From a virus (taxonomy: Duplodnaviria > Heunggongvirae > Uroviricota > Caudoviricetes), in IMG/VR virus record IMGVR_UViG_643348551_000006, positions 1 through 48,119 of that record: 48,119 nt of DNA. One strand, written 5' to 3'. Shown in pieces: positions 46,553-48,119 of this stretch. The notes beneath the pieces were generated by a model, which searched no databases, was not told where the DNA came from, and was given only the letters and a program-made list of their open reading frames with translations. Made by a program: the position numbers and the translations under genes. Each line of letters begins with the position of its first letter. The stretch's first letter is position 1.

Positions 46553-46804
46553 ATGAGCGAAGTAATCATGATTGTCTCTCCCGGTAAATGGGTATCCGAA
46601 GAACAGCTAATTGCGCTGAAAGGAATAAAAAAGGGAACGCTAAAAAAAGCCAGGGAAAAATCGTTTATGGAAGGAAGGGAATATAAGCATGTAGCCCATG
46701 ACGGTATGCCATGGGATAACAGCCCATGCTTTTACAACCTGGAAGAAATTGATCGCTGGATTGAACGTCAGGCATCAGCAAGACCAAGACGTCATCTTAC
46801 TTGA
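46553..46804 (+). CDS. xis: Excisionase-like protein (Xis)
   Basis: 83 aa immediately upstream of int; ...GKWVSEEQLIALKGIKKGTLKKAREKSFMEGREYKHV...YNLEEIDRWIERQ resembles Rac/Qin-type excisionases. Confidence 0.6.
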   Translation: MSEVIMIVSPGKWVSEEQLIALKGIKKGTLKKAREKSFMEGREYKHVAHDGMPWDNSPCFYNLEEIDRWIERQASARPRRHLT

Positions 46805-46838
46805 CTAAAAACAATACTAACCAATGAGAGAAGCTAAA

Positions 46839-48119
46839 ATGAAATATCCGACAGGCGTGGAAAACCATGGAGGGAAATTACGTATCTGGTTTGTTTATAA
46901 AGGTGTAAGAGTCAGGGAAAATCTGGGGGTTCCTGACACGACAAAAAACAGGCGCATTGCAGGTGAGCTGCGCGCCTCTGTTTGTTATGCAATAAAAACC
47001 GGCGTTTTCGACTATGCAAAACAGTTTCCCTCCTCACACAATCTGGAAAAATTTGGTGAGGCCCGACAAGATTTAACCATAAAGGAACTGGCTGAAAAAT
47101 TTCTGGCACTGAAAGAAACGGAAGTCGCAAAAACGTCACTCAACACGTACCGTGCCGTCATCAAAAATATTCTGAGCATAATCGGTGAAAAAAATCTTGC
47201 CTCGTCGATTAATAAAGAAAAATTGCTGGCGGTACGTAAAGAGTTACTTACTGGTTACCAGATCCCCAAAAGTAATTATATTGTTACGCAACCGGGGAGA
47301 TCGGCTGTCACCGTAAATAATTACATGACAAATCTTTACGCCGTGTTCCAGTTTGGTGTTGATAACGGTTACCTGGCAGATAATCCGTTTAAGGGGATCT
47401 CGCCATTAAAGGAATCAAGAACCATTCCTGATCCTCTTTCACGGGAGGAATTTATCCGTCTTATCGACGCCTGCAGAAATCAGCAGGCCAAAAATTTATG
47501 GTGTGTTTCTGTTTATACAGGCATTCGCCCTGGTGAACTGTGTGCGCTTGGGTGGGAGGACATAGATCTGAAAAATGGAACAATGATGATCAGGAGAAAT
47601 TTAGCAAAAGATCGTTTTACGGTACCGAAAACACAGGCTGGTACCAATCGGGTAATTTACCTTATCAAGCCTGCAATCGACGCTCTCAGGAGTCAGATGA
47701 CACTAACGAGGCTGAGCAAAGAACATATTATTGACGTTCACCTCAGAGAGTTCGGCAGAACAGAAAAACAAAAATGCACCTTTGTTTTTCAACCTGAAGT
47801 GTCAGCGAGAGTAAAAAATTATGGTGACCATTTTACCGTTGACTCAATAAGGCAGATGTGGGACGCAGCGATAAAACGTGCCGGACTCCGCCACCGCAAA
47901 TCATATCAGTCGAGACATACTTATGCCTGCTGGTCGCTGACAGCCGGTGCCAACCCGGCATTCATAGCAAACCAGATGGGACATGCAGATGCGCAAATGG
48001 TGTTTCAGGTATACGGGAAATGGATGTCTGAAAACAATAATGCACAGGTAGCCCTGCTAAATACACAGCTAAGCGAGTTTGCCCCAACCATGCCCCAAAA
48101 CGAGGTGGCGCAAAATTAA
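46839..48119 (+). CDS. int: Tyrosine-recombinase integrase; start at MKYPTGVENHGG (track ORF begins 46824); stop is the last codon of the window
   Basis: N-terminal arm-binding-type domain (KLRIWFVYKGVRVRENLG), catalytic region ...R...HxxR...Y with ...SRHTYACWSL...; full length. Confidence 0.85.
   Translation: MKYPTGVENHGGKLRIWFVYKGVRVRENLGVPDTTKNRRIAGELRASVCYAIKTGVFDYAKQFPSSHNLEKFGEARQDLTIKELAEKFLALKETEVAKTSLNTYRAVIKNILSIIGEKNLASSINKEKLLAVRKELLTGYQIPKSNYIVTQPGRSAVTVNNYMTNLYAVFQFGVDNGYLADNPFKGISPLKESRTIPDPLSREEFIRLIDACRNQQAKNLWCVSVYTGIRPGELCALGWEDIDLKNGTMMIRRNLAKDRFTVPKTQAGTNRVIYLIKPAIDALRSQMTLTRLSKEHIIDVHLREFGRTEKQKCTFVFQPEVSARVKNYGDHFTVDSIRQMWDAAIKRAGLRHRKSYQSRHTYACWSLTAGANPAFIANQMGHADAQMVFQVYGKWMSENNNAQVALLNTQLSEFAPTMPQNEVAQN

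Overview
Nearly the whole window (about 1.6 kb to the right edge) is one lambdoid prophage of an E. coli-type host, related to lambda in its structural genes and to the Qin/Dic family in its immunity and early-left region. Only the first ~1.3 kb is host DNA: a complete MFS transporter gene (YdfJ-like). Reading right to left on the minus strand the prophage carries a Cro-like/YdaT-like early region, a replication protein, a nin-like accessory cluster with a hok type I toxin, RusA, a putative Q antiterminator, a PR'/tR'-like promoter-terminator pair, two cargo modules, a lysis cassette, cos, and a lambda-like head and tail gene set ending in two side tail fibre genes. On the plus strand are a CI-type repressor, the ydfA-ydfB-ydfC-dicF-dicB-ydfD operon, a large YdfE-like protein, excisionase and integrase; the integrase ends at the window edge, so the attachment site is not visible. 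The most unusual content is the cargo between Q and the holin: a solitary MazF/PemK-fold toxin homologue with no antitoxin gene, bracketed by two near-identical terminators, next to a tRNA-like element with a broken acceptor stem, followed by a TerB-like gene coupled to a small hydrophobic ORF. All calls rest on reading the supplied ORF translations and the sequence by eye; no searches were run, and hand-located coordinates may be off by a few nucleotides.
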